A DNA stretch of 63,451 nt, filler included, from Octopus bimaculoides (lineage: Eukaryota), in NCBI RefSeq assembly GCF_001194135.2. It is 6 parts of 5 records of this genome, joined end to end, with 100 filler letters (N's around TTAATTAATTAA, not from the genome) between each part and the next. Parts side by side here need not be neighbours in the genome. Positions count along the whole stretch, not along the records: positions 1 to 20,729 come from NC_069009.1; positions 20,830 to 31,912 come from NC_068983.1; 4 more parts are not named here. One strand, written 5' to 3'. Shown piece after piece: positions 13,410 to 24,545 of the stretch. Each line of letters begins with the position of its first letter. Position 1 is the stretch's first letter. The notes under the pieces were generated by a model. The model ran no database searches, was not told where the DNA came from, and was given only the letters and a program-made list of their open reading frames with translations. The translations under genes and the position numbers were made by a program.

Positions 13410-13889
13410 GATATATAGATATATTTGTATATATACATATATATATATATGTATATATACATACGTGCATACACATATATATAGATGCATACATATATAT
13501 ATATATGTTCATACACATATCTACATACACAGAAATGTAAATACATACATGCATACATCCACCCATCCATCCATCCATACATACATACACACATATATAC
13601 ACGCACATACACAGATGCATACATTCATGGCTACATGCATAAATATATACATGTAAAGAGACACATGGGGAAAGAGAGAGAGAGAGAGAGTGAGAGAGAG
13701 AGAGAAGGGGGATGTTTTGGGTTTTAGTTATTTTTGAAAGAAATGGTGGTGCTTTGAGAGAATATAGATTGGATCCCCCCAAAAAATAAAAGGCCTAAAA
13801 TATGAAGAATATAGGGAGAAGCACATTTATTCATGGGGAACATCGACTGCATTCATCTTGTGGTTCCTTGGAACCAAGGCCAATCTATA

Positions 13890-14560
13890 CCTCTGGCCAC
13901 TTCATCTGGCTGTTCCTTCTTCCCCAGAATGACATCCCACTATAACCTCTTATTCACTGTTGCATATAATTTTGCTCCAGCTGACACAGCATCAAAGTTA
14001 ATCTCATCAAGAAGACTCTCAAATGCACTGATGACATTAGTCTTAGAGTTCTTGGGAACCATTGTGGCATCAACATTGCTAAACTATACCCCACACACCA
14101 CCTCTGATCACTTCATCTGGCTGTTCCTTCTTCCCCAGAATGACATCCCACGGGAATCTCTTAATCTTTATTGAATATGTCTTTGCTGCAGCTGGCCTGG
14201 CATCAAATTTCATCTTTCAAGAGAAATATCAAATGTATCAGTCACATTATTTTTTGGAGTCCCTAGGAACTGTTGTGACCCCAGCGTTACTTGGAAAGGC
14301 CAAACCATACTTTGTACTCCACTTCTGATCACTTCATCTATTCCTTCTTCCACAAAATGTCATCCCACTAGAATCTCGTACTGCACATATTTTTGCTATG
14401 GCAAGCCTGGGATGAAATTCCATCTCTTCAAGTGGAAGAATGGAAGTGCTGACCACATTGGTCTTGCTGGGTCTGGGGACACCGTATGCATATAAACCTT
14501 TCCACCAAACCAAATCATTCACACACACACACACACATGACAAACTTGGCCACCAGGAAA
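13890..14560. repeat. Degenerate tandem triplication, period about 211-221 bp
   Basis: cacttcatct anchors at 13898, 14109 and 14330; units 1 and 2 share an identical ~43-nt core and diverge elsewhere. Confidence 0.8.
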
Positions 14561-14628
14561 ACAAGACAAAACCAATACTTTAACTGATCAAAAATCAGAT
14601 CCATTCACAGAAAAAATGAAAAATACAC

Positions 14629-14662
14629 CAGATTCCAAAAATGCTATTACAAGCAAAAGTCC
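14629..14662 (-). CDS. Candidate short coding exon (phase 0/1): GLLLVIAFLES
   Basis: Strong acceptor tgattctctttccgtgtgcag; donor G|GTGTAT is weak; this phase pair links 14970-15022 to 9432-9523 in frame. Confidence 0.4.
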
Positions 14663-14969
14663 CTGCACACGGAAAGAGAATCACAGAAATTATAAACCAA
14701 CCTCCTTTTTTTTTTATTATCTTCATTTCTCCCTTGTTTTTCTCCCTCTTGACTGAAACTTTAATGATCCACATTTTTTATTGACCACTACTAACACTAT
14801 TGAATTTTGTGCGTTTAAACAAGATGATCCACATCTTTTTATATTATTGGCTGTTATGAACATTTAAACTTTTAATACATAATTTTAAATTTTTACCATC
14901 GATAAACAAAAGACATCATAGAAACTTAGTTTGGTAAACATGTAAATAAATTTATTTAAAAACAATTAC

Positions 14970-15022
14970 AAGTCTTTCAAATTTAGGTGCATCTTCAACA
15001 ACAAATTTGTCTATATTTTTTC
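14970..15022 (-). CDS. Internal coding exon (phase 1/0): (G)KNIDKFVVEDAPKFERL
   Basis: Acceptor tgtatttccttgcag, donor CTT|GTAATT; 53 nt; the other two frames contain stops. Confidence 0.55.
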
Positions 15023-15099
15023 CTGCAAGGAAATACACCCCCCTCTTTTGTTTATATATATATATATATATATATATATGCATATATTTGTGTGTTTGT

Positions 15100-15295
15100 G
15101 TTTGTCCCCCCACCATCGCTTGACAATCGATGTTGGTGTGTTTGCGTCCCCATAACTTAGCGGTTTGGCAAAAGAGACTGATAGAATAAGTACTAGGCTT
15201 ACAAAGAATAAGTCCTGGGGTCGATTAGTTCAACTAAAGGCAGTGCTCCAGCATGGCCACAGTCAAAATGACTGAAACAAGTATAAGAGTAAATG
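15100..15295 (+). mobile_element. SINE-associated module C. Other copies: 1260-1480(-), 4440-4620(-), 17010-17210(+), 18160-18350(-), 21860-22030(+), 24560-24750(+), 42220-42400(-), 45880-46100(+), 48400-48570(-), 57080-57260(+)
   Basis: Repeated gcttgacaa..gatgttggtgtgttt...taacttagcgg...aataagtactaggc...gctccagcatggcc; usually follows family B after a (TG)n run. Confidence 0.8.
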
Positions 15296-15919
15296 AGTAA
15301 TAGAATAAAAAAAAATTATTGGGGTCAGTTTGTTTGACTAAACCCTTCAATGCAGTGCCCCAGCATGGCCACAGTCTAGAGACAGATAAAAGATGTATGG
15401 CGTCATTCTGATTTTTGTTGTTCTCCATGTGTGGCCTAGTGGTTAGGGTATTACACTCACAATTGTCAAACCATGGGTTCGATTTCCTCTTCATGTTGTA
15501 AAATGTGACTAAAAGAGGATGAGGTAGAACTTGCGCTCTGACCTAGCAAATAGTGCCCCAGCATGGCCAGAGACTAATCAGGGAAACGAGTAAAAGATAA
15601 AAGAAGTCATTATTCTGAATTTTGTTGTTCCCCATGTGTGGCCTAGTGGTTACGGAGTTACACTCATGACTGTCAGACCATAGGTTCGATTTCTAAACTG
15701 GGCGTGTGTTGTATTCTTGAGCAAAGCACATCTCTCTCCATGTGATAAAAGCTGACAAAAAACAAAATGGGCTGAGGTAGGATTTGCCCTTCAACCCAGC
15801 AGATGGTGCCCCAGGATGGCTGCAGTTTAATAAGGGAGACAAATAAAAAACTAAAAGAATTCACTGTTCTGATTGTTTTTCCATTCCCCATGCACATGAC
15901 GATCTATAATCAATTAAAT

Positions 15920-16040
15920 GCTGTTCTGTTATGCAATCATTGATATGTTTACGCCACCAGCCAGACACTGTAAAATCTCATTTCTCAGCTCAATTCCCAA
16001 CAGAGTCCCCTTTCTCTTCACAGCCATGGTAACAGCAACA
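15920..16040 (-). mobile_element. Tigger/pogo-like transposase N-terminal HTH remnant
   Basis: Translation MAVKRKGTLLGIELRNEILQCLAGGVNISMIA* resembles the CENP-B/pogo psq-type HTH. Confidence 0.45.
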
Positions 16041-16632
16041 AACGGTATTCTAACATACAAACTCAGAGTAAAGTAGAAGCATCAATGAAGACATTATTGA
16101 TTTTTGCTATTGATTTTTAAATCCATCAACATGTTAGTCAATTTTTTATGCGTTAGATTTTATTTTAATACTGTTTAAAGTAATCGACCAAAATGAAACT
16201 GCGGGACAAATCAATAAGGCTTACTTTTAGAGAGCTGTAAAAGAGAGACGTGTTACCCTTGTACCAGTAATGATAACACCTCTTTGATGTAACATTTTAC
16301 GTGTTTTTCATTAATTTAAATCTATTTTTAATTATTGGAAACAAAAGACGAAATTGCATCAGGGGCTGGTGTTATGCACAAGGCAATCTTACTGATCCCT
16401 GGGGGTAGTAAAAGTAAGAAACAGCAGCCAGGGATGGTGCCAAGCACATGGCAAACCTACTGACCCAGTGGGATGGTGGTGCTAAAATTGTGGGCGTCAC
16501 AAAATATCTTGCACAAAATTTCTTAATCCAATTAAAAATATGCAAACTTAGTGGAACGAATGTTACCAGGGTAACAAGAGACAATATTTCCTAATAGTTT
16601 ATTATCACCAATAGGCATGGCTGTGTGGTAAG

Positions 16633-16856
16633 AGGCGACGAGCTGGCAGAAACGTTAGCACGCCGGGCGAAATGCTTAGCGGTATTTTGTCCACCGCTAT
16701 GTTCTGAGTTCAAATTCCGCCGAGGTCGACTTTGCCTTTCATCCTTTCAGGGTCAATAAATTAAGTACCAGTTACGCACTGGGGTCGTTGCAATCGACTT
16801 AATCCCTTTGTTTGTCCCCTCTATGTTTAGCCCCTTGTGGGCAATAAAGAAATAAG
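16633..16856 (+). mobile_element. SINE family A (Meta-domain-like). Other copies: 18405-18645(-), 20331-20560(-), 24958-25177(-), 27500-27740(-), 30841-31040(+), 32800-32990(-), 52365-52590(+), 59455-59660(+)
   Basis: Recurrent ggcggcgagctggcaga...gttcaaattcc...gcctttcatcctttcggggtcgataaattaagtaccag; the last block resembles the MetaSINE central domain. Confidence 0.85.
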
Positions 16857-17519
16857 AGGCTTGCTTCCTAACCACATGGTTCTGGGATCAGTCCTACTGT
16901 TGTGACACCTTGGACAAATGTCTTCTACCATAGCCTCAGTCTGACCAAAGCCTTGTGAGTGCATTTAGAAGATAAAAACCAAAAGAGGCCTGTTGTGTGT
17001 GTGTGTGTGTTTGTCTCCCACCACTGCTTGACAACCAGTGTTGGTGTGCTTATGTCCCCATAACAGCAGTTTGGCAAAAATGATCAATGGAATAAGTACC
17101 ATGTTTAAAAGGAAAAGAAGTCCTGGGGTCAATTCATTTAACTATAAATTCTTCAAGGAGATGTTCCAGCATGGTCGCAGTCTAATAGCTGAAACAAGTA
17201 AAATATAAAAAGGAATAAGATCAGCTTCTGGGGTGAAGAACTTATCCAAAGTTTATGATGCTTCATCTCCTTGTGCAGCTCAGTAAAGGAATTGAACTCG
17301 TAAACTCCTTTTGCAATTCTTTACATTACCTTCACGATTGGAATCATTCATCATCATCATCATCATCATTGTTTAACGTCCGCTTTCCATGCTAGCATGG
17401 GTTGGACGATTTGACTGAGGACTGGTGAAACCGGATGGCAACACCAGGCTCCAATCTAATTTGGCAGAGTTTCTACAGCTGGATGCCCTTCCTAACGCCA
17501 ACCACTCAGAGAGTAAAAA

Positions 17520-17870
17520 CCAGCAGACCTTCGTCAATAAGTGCCTTAGTTGATAAGCGCTAACCCTTTAGCAATAATTTTGGTAGTCAATTCAAGTGGT
17601 GTAGTTGGAATTCCTGTAGTCTCATCTGTATTCTCAATTTGTTTTTTTTTTCTAAAAGCATCAGCTCCATATTAGATAAACTTTCCTTATGGGACACTTC
17701 CAACTCCATCATCTCATTCTCGGTGCCTGATGGAACGTCTTCTTTGCTGGTAGGAGTGAATTCACATCAACAAGTAATGACCAACTAGACTGTCATCTGG
17801 GTGATATTTGTCCGTAGAGGAAGAGACACCACAAAGAATGTTGTGTATCAATGTCCAAATTCTTCTGTAG
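17520..17870 (-). mobile_element. Tigger/pogo-like transposase C-terminal remnant
   Basis: Decayed acidic translation ELEVSHKESLSNMELMLLE followed by a KIIAKGLALIN segment, as in Tigger C-termini. Confidence 0.4.
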
Positions 17871-18644
17871 CNNNNNNNNNNNNNNNNNNNNNNNNNNNNN
17901 NNNNNNNNNNNNNNNNNNNNNNNNNNNNNNNNNNNNNNNNNNNNNNNNNNNNNNNNNNNNNNNNNNNNNNNNNNNNNNNNNNNNNNNNNNNNNNNNNNCT
18001 GTCTATAAAACCCATAGCGTATCTCAGAATATCAGCCTTAGTTGTAAAGAGAACTGGTGAAGCCACTTGTGGAAGAAAGAAGGAAAGAAGACATGCGATA
18101 AAAAGATCACATGATGCTAAAACCTGCCACATGATTTATATATTTGTTTTTACTAATTTCACTCACTGAACTGTGGCCATGCTGGGGCATCACCTCGAAG
18201 AGCTTAGTTGAAGTCAACCTCTGTAACTTAACTTTCTTCAGACTGGTATTTATTATATTGGTCTCCTTTTACAAAAATGCTAAGTTATGAGATGTAAACA
18301 AACCAACACCAATTGGTAAGCTGTTCAGGGTGGGTGTTGACAATCACAAGCACATATACGCATATCTATGTGTGTGTGTGTGTGCATAGGGGCCCCAGAA
18401 TCACCATCTGTGTTATTTATTTACTACCCACAAGGGACTATACACAGAGGGGACAAACAAGGACAGGCAAACGGATTAAGTCGATTATATCGACTCCAGT
18501 GCGTAACTGGTACTTATTTAATCGACCCCGAAAGGATGAAAGGCAAAGTCAACCTCGACAGAATTTGAACTCAGAACGTAGCGGCAGACGAAATACCGCT
18601 AAGCATTTCACCCGGCATGCTAACGCTTCTGCCAGCTCACCGCC

Positions 18645-18900
18645 TGTGTATAGAGTGTCAGTGTACACTCACTGTGAATAGAGTGTCAGTGTACACTCAC
18701 TGTGAATAGAGTGTCAGTAGATGGCTCAGACTGCTAAGCGGTCTGCTGCATAGGAGCCACACTGTTATCACCAAGCGCTGTGTCCATAATGGTCTCACAC
18801 ACATCAGAGAGCTGCTGCATAGGGGTCCCAGCATTAGGATCTGCATGCACAGTATCAATATTGCGCTCAGACAAATATGTGAACTGCTGCATAGATGCAA
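18645..18900. repeat. 28-bp perfect tandem repeat (about 2.5 units) followed by a 69/72-bp degenerate repeat (3 units)
   Basis: atagagtgtcagtgtacactcactgtga repeated; ctgctgcatag anchors at 18743, 18812 and 18884. Confidence 0.75.
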
Positions 18901-19732
18901 CCTGCATTCAGTTACGTGTTGAAACAGTTACAAGACCCTCATTGATACTCAAGAAAATATAAAGTACTGTGTATAACAGAGGTTTGCAACTGGGGTCCAT
19001 AGAAGAATTTTGTGAGGTTCACATAGCAAAATAGCAAACTGGGAATCCACAATATTATTTTAAAGGTCACTGGAAAAATTTTGCTTTAGATGTTATGTAT
19101 TGCAAGAAACAGCTAAGTTTCTTTCTCTGACGCTTTACAGAGATCAACCTGCACAAATTAATGTATGAAAAACAATGAAGGAATCTTAAAAGAAGTTTCT
19201 CTAAAACTAGCTTTTACACATCGAATGGCTTGGGGGTCCACCAGAATAAAATAGTAATCAAAGGGGTTCATAGGTAAAAAATGGCTGAGAACCCCTGAAG
19301 TATAAGAATAAAATCCCCATTCCTCCACCCTTATAGCATGTCATAATGATTGCATCCTTTTCAAGTAGTTATTTGTTAGGGTTTTGTAGACTAAACTAAT
19401 AATCCTTCCTAGTCTAGGCATAAGGCCTGAAATTTGGGGGGAGGGGGCCAGTCGATTAGATCAACCCCAGTATGCAACTGGTACTTAATTTATCGACCCT
19501 GAAAGGATGAAATCAAAGTTGACCTTGGGGACTAAACTAATAATGCCAAAGATAGATAGATAGAATCAACAGATTCTAATGGCTACAGTAAATTCTGATT
19601 TTGCTGATAAGCAGGATAATATTCCAAAGAATAACACTGCCAAACTGTAGTTCTACTCTAGTTCTTCCTGAAAATACATCTTTGCAAGACAGAAAGTTAA
19701 TTTTTTTCTAGGATGGAAATGGATACACCTAC

Positions 19733-19807
19733 CTTCTGTTTCTGCAGTCAAATTGACATCTTCTAGATTGGATCCAAGATGGATGCCCTGGTCACATGAC
19801 AATAGTC
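19733..19807 (-). CDS. Internal coding exon (phase 1/1): LLSCDQGIHLGSNLEDVNLTAETE
   Basis: Acceptor ttttttttaatttatcag, donor AAG|GTAGGT; 75 nt symmetric exon; phase compatible with 14970-15022. Confidence 0.55.
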
Positions 19808-20559
19808 CTGATAAATTAAAAAAAAAAAATTTTTAATCATGGTAGCACAGTTTTATTATAATTTTTCAGTTTTTGTCTCCTTTTGCATGGAATTGTCCTG
19901 ATTTTCCTACTCATTCTTTTATATTCAAACTTTTTCTTATAACCAAAATTATTTACTACATGTTCACCTTTTAATATCTTACTAAATTTCCTTTCCCTTC
20001 TAGAGAAAAATATCTTATTAATTTCATTCTTATTGTCTTCCATATTTAAATTTTTTTTCAAAATTGGCTCTGCACTTTGAAATGCTGTTTTAAACATGGA
20101 ATTCTTTTAACCTCATAAGCAAGCTTAATATCTGCATTAATTAAAAAGTTGTACATATATTAATACAGACATATAAGTAATTCATTATTTATTATAAAAT
20201 ATAGAATAAATTATTTAAACATGTTTATTGAATTGCGAAACAATTGTTGTTGAACAAGAATATTCAATGACAAAATAAATTTTATCATAGTATATTTCTC
20301 GCTATATCTATCTATCTATCTACCTTTTTTCTTTATGGCCCACAAGGGGCTAAATGTAGAGGGGACAAACAAGGACAGACAAAGGGATTAAGTCGATTAC
20401 ATCGACCCCAGTGTGTAAATGGTACTTAATTTATCGACCCCTAAAGGATGAAAGGCAAAGTCAACCTCTGCGGAATTTGAACTCAGAACGTAACAGTTGA
20501 TGAAATACCACTAAGCATATCGCCCAGCATGGTAACGTTTCTGCCAGTTCACCACCTTG

Positions 20560-20595
<36 letters not shown>

Positions 20596-20773
20596 CATAT
20601 CTACCTACCTATCTATCTATCTATATATATATATATCATCATCATCATCATCATCGTTTAACGTCTGCTTTCCATGCTAGCATGGGTTGGACGATTTGAC
20701 TGAGGACTGGTGAAACCGGATGGCAACACNNNNNNNNNNNNNNNNNNNNNNNNNNNNNNNNNNNNNNNNNNNN

Positions 20774-20785
20774 TTAATTAATTAA
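20774..20785. other. Assembly spacer TTAATTAATTAA inside N runs (also near 31957, 46524, 54639, 60599)
   Basis: Identical 12-mer with stops in all six frames, always embedded between N blocks. Confidence 0.9.
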
Positions 20786-20829
20786 NNNNNNNNNNNNNNN
20801 NNNNNNNNNNNNNNNNNNNNNNNNNNNNN

Positions 20830-20869
<40 letters not shown>

Positions 20870-20904
20870 TTTTAAATTCTTCAGTTATGGACTGAGAATT
20901 AAGT

Positions 20905-21480
20905 CTAGTTGAACTCATATCTGTACACTAAAGTTATTGCTGTGCTTGTTGCTCTCACTTTACTAACCACATCCCTGTACATGGCCATTCTCTCAAGCCA
21001 TTCACCTATCTCTAGCTTCTTGAGAGACCACCAGTTATCAGAGGAAGAAACCCACCTGAAGGCTTTCTAAAAAATTGCCAAAGTCAAGTACAATAGCTTA
21101 CTTTTAGCTAAATACTTCTCTACAATTGTCTTACTAAAAAGTGAGCATTGATAGTATACCTCCCTGGCACAAAACCAAACTACATCTTATCTAGACTAAT
21201 TCTCTTTCAGTAATGTACATGATCTGGTCCTGTAATTCGATACCCTTGTAATTACTTCTGTTTAGGGCAGCTCCTTTACTCTTCTAACTGTTGACTATAA
21301 TGCTGCTATGCCAGTTGTAATGTATGATGCCTTCCTTTCTAACCTGATTAACTATGAGTGACTAGGTTGTATGCTACCCCACAAGATGTTTTAAGCATCT
21401 TATGAGTAATTCCTGATGGACCAGTGACTTTCTCTGCCTTCATCTTCTTACTAGAAGTTTCAAGTTTTGTAATTTGCTTA
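20905..21480 (-). mobile_element. Decayed RTE-clade LINE RT fragment
   Basis: Reverse complement aligns by eye to 11090-11560 (YRGIKLL, QFGFV, KYLAK region). Confidence 0.8.
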
Positions 21481-21679
21481 TTTCGTAATCACAGGTATAG
21501 GAACAAGAAATCAAATAGCCGAAAACTGCAAATTTCTATCTCGCCATAGCAGAAGCACAACCAACAGCAGAACATATGAGAAGGACTAACAACATCAACC
21601 ATAATCCTGTAGAAATGGAATCAATAGTATACCCCTGTTTATTTTAATTGTAATATAAAAAAAAAAAAAGAATGGACAA

Positions 21680-21840
21680 GTTTAGGCTGTGTGGTAAGTA
21701 GTTTGCTTACCAACCATATGGTTCTGGGTTCAGTCCCACTAAGTGGCATCTTGGGCAAGTGTCTTCTACTATAGCCTTGGACTGACCAAAGCCTTGTGAG
21801 TGGATTTGGTAGACGGAAACTGAAAGAAGCCCATTGTATA
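21680..21840 (+). mobile_element. SINE family B (tRNA-like head, CORE-like ccttgggcaagtgtcttct). Other copies: 1500-1665(-), 10310-10450(+), 22460-22620(+), 23735-23890(+), 24775-24920(+), 32300-32450(-), 42437-42595(-), 45680-45850(+), 48590-48750(-), 56920-57060(+)
   Basis: Repeated ggc(g/a)tggctgtgtggtaag...ggttc(a/g)gtccca...ttgggcaagtgtcttctactatagcc...gagtggatttggtagacggaaactgaaagaagc. Confidence 0.85.
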
Positions 21841-23888
21841 TATGTGTGTGTGTGTGTGTTTGCCCCCCCCCCACCACCATCATTTGACACTGATGCTGGC
21901 ACGTTTATGTCCCTGTAACTTAGCAGTTCAGCAAGAGACCAATGGAATAAATACTAGGCTTACAAAGAATGAGTCCTGAGGTCGATTTGTTTGACTAAAG
22001 GCGGTGCTCCAGCATGACTGCAAAGAGTAAAGTTCACATAAAACTTGAGCATGCCATGTGACTGGTGGTTTTTTAATTATTTAAACAAATGTACAGCATT
22101 TGTTATATATTGATTAGGAGTTCTATATACGACAAGGATAGCTGGATATCTATCATAGTGGGGTATCTATAATTTAGAAGAGCTGGTCCATTTGTTAAGT
22201 ATTGATAATATACATTTATCAGTATTTACTTAAACAGTTTCTTTCTAAAAAAAAAAAAAAACACATGAAAAATGAAAACATTACTGTTAATAAAAACACT
22301 TTTGTAATAGTTTCCGTCATGAAATAATTTCCTGTGTCTTTCAATTAATTTCAAGTCATCAGCTATTTGAACTGATTTAATAAAATAAGTTTGTAATTTT
22401 GGAACAAGACGTTTGAAATGTAGAAAACATATCTAAACAAAAGGTTATCATAGGTGCAGGCATGGCTGTGTAGTTAAGATGTCCACCTCTCAACCATGTG
22501 ATTTTGAGTCCAGTCTCATTGCATGGCATCTTGAGCAAATGTTTTCTACAATGACTTCAGTCAGCCCAAAACCTTTTGAGTAGATTTAGTAGACATAAAC
22601 TGAAAGAAGTCTGTAGTTCTTATATGTGCGTGTGTGTTTGTGCGAGTTAGTTTGCATTTCCCTAATTACGACATGTATTCATTTACTGATTATAAACAAT
22701 AGTTTCCTTAACAATGTTGTTTGCTTGCAGTCCACCACGAAAGCTCATCCAGGTTTGTTGATATGTCTTGACATGCTATGCAATCTTTGTGAACAAAAGG
22801 CTTGTTCATACATAGTCATCTGTTTCCAATTCTCTACATAAACATGTCAAGGCCGTTTGTTGCTTGATAGACTGGGAAATTATTACCTCACTTGGAAACA
22901 AGTGGGGGCTAATGATAGGAAGGACATCTGGTCATTGAAAACTTTGTCCAGCATACTCTTATCTGGCTCACGCAAGCATAGAAAAGTAGATGCTATGATG
23001 TTGATGATGACAGTGATGTTTAAAATATAACAAAAGGTTTTAACAAAATTACAATGGAAGGCTTTTAGGTACAAAAATCTCAATAATGATAAGAAACTTA
23101 ACTTTTATAAAGCACATATCTTTGTGGTGTATAAAACATTTAATAACAGAAAACTAAAAGAATAATGAAATTAAACATCTAATAGAGTGACTTGATTTCT
23201 ATGATTCAAACCTTCAAGAAACTGATTTCTTTTCTCTCTCTCTCTCAGATACAGACACGTGCTGTGTGTGTGTGTGCATACACACATGCGTTTGTGTGTA
23301 TGCACAGTTATGAGTGTGAGTGTGCATACATACACACACACACATAACTGGATGGTAGGATAATGGATATTGTTAATAAATATATCGATTAATTGAGAGA
23401 TTTTCTAATTTGTTACAGTGGTCCTGATATTATTGGTATTTTTCTTTTTCTTTCTTTCTTTTTTTTTTTGACTTTATTGAATTACCCTCAGCACAAGATA
23501 AAACCTCTGATGAATTCTCTGAGGCTGGATGGTTGCAGATCAAATCTATACTGACTCACTGGTATGCACCCCCTCCACACACACACAACCTTCTATAGCT
23601 GAGTCAGTAGATTCAAAGATTTTACATATCTATATAGTCAAGATCTCATATAACGAAACAGTAGATATTATTTTTCAACGTATTTCTTCTACTCCAGCCA
23701 AAATATGCTATATTCTTTGTTTACATATAAATGCAGGCATAGCTGTGTGGTGAGAAGTGATTCCAAACATAATGGTTCTGGGTTCAGTCCCACTGTGTGG
23801 CACCTTGGGCAAGTGTCCTGTACTATAACCCCTGGGGTGACCAAAGCCTTGTGAGTGGATTTGGTAGACAGAAACTGAAAGACGCTTG

Positions 23889-23967
<79 letters not shown>

Positions 23968-24156
23968 AACCTGATAATAGCTTAGCTGGCTAAAACTTCA
24001 AAGTCACTGTCAACAATATTCTTGTATAAGAATAATAAATTTGTACTCTACAAAAGTATGCAGTAAAATTGTTTTTATATTATAACTAAACACAAAAACA
24101 GTGTGTGTGCACGTACAAGTCTGTCCTTTTATTTATCCCTGATCACTGCTTGACAG

Positions 24157-24545
24157 TGGAGGCGCAATGGCCCAGTGGTTAGGGTAGCGGACTCGCAGTC
24201 TTAGGATCGCGGTTTCAATTCCCAGACCGGGCATTGTGAGTGTGCATTGAGCGAAACACCTAAAGCTCCATGAGGCTCTGGCAGGGGGGGTGGGGGTGGC
24301 GAACCCTGCTGTACTCTTTCACCACAACTTTCTCTCACTCTCACTCTTACTTCCTGTTTCTGTTGTGCCTGTAATTCAAAGGGTCAGCCTTGTCACACTG
24401 TGTCACGCTTAATATCCCCGAGAACTACGTTAAGGGTACACATGTCTGTGGAGTGCTCAGCCACTTGCATGCTAATTTCACGAGCAGGCTATTCCGTTGA
24501 TCGGATCAACTGGAACACTCGTCGTCGTAACCGATGGAGTGCCAA
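24157..24545 (+). mobile_element. Full-length tRNA-derived SINE family D; copies 41528-41836(-) and 42118-42210(+)
   Basis: A box TGGCCCAGTGG, B-box-like GGTTTCAATTCC, about 390-bp body shared with the minus copy, ending in a (CCA)n tail. Confidence 0.85.

Noticed and set aside
13898-14372. Identical 43-nt repeats with long intervening sequence as a CRISPR array
   Set aside because: The intervening segments are homologous to each other and about 170 nt long; this is a tandem duplication.
14629-15022. ERLGLLLVIAFLESV resemblance to the LtrA-family ERxGLxxIIxLGES motif or to lysozyme-like/SLT catalytic helices
   Set aside because: Only a short motif matches, the flanking sequence lacks the expected transmembrane or lysozyme context, and the motif depends on a weak donor; no gene name assigned.
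24157-24230. tRNA gene (A and B boxes present)
   Set aside because: It continues into a SINE body shared with other copies, and I could not identify a complete cloverleaf.
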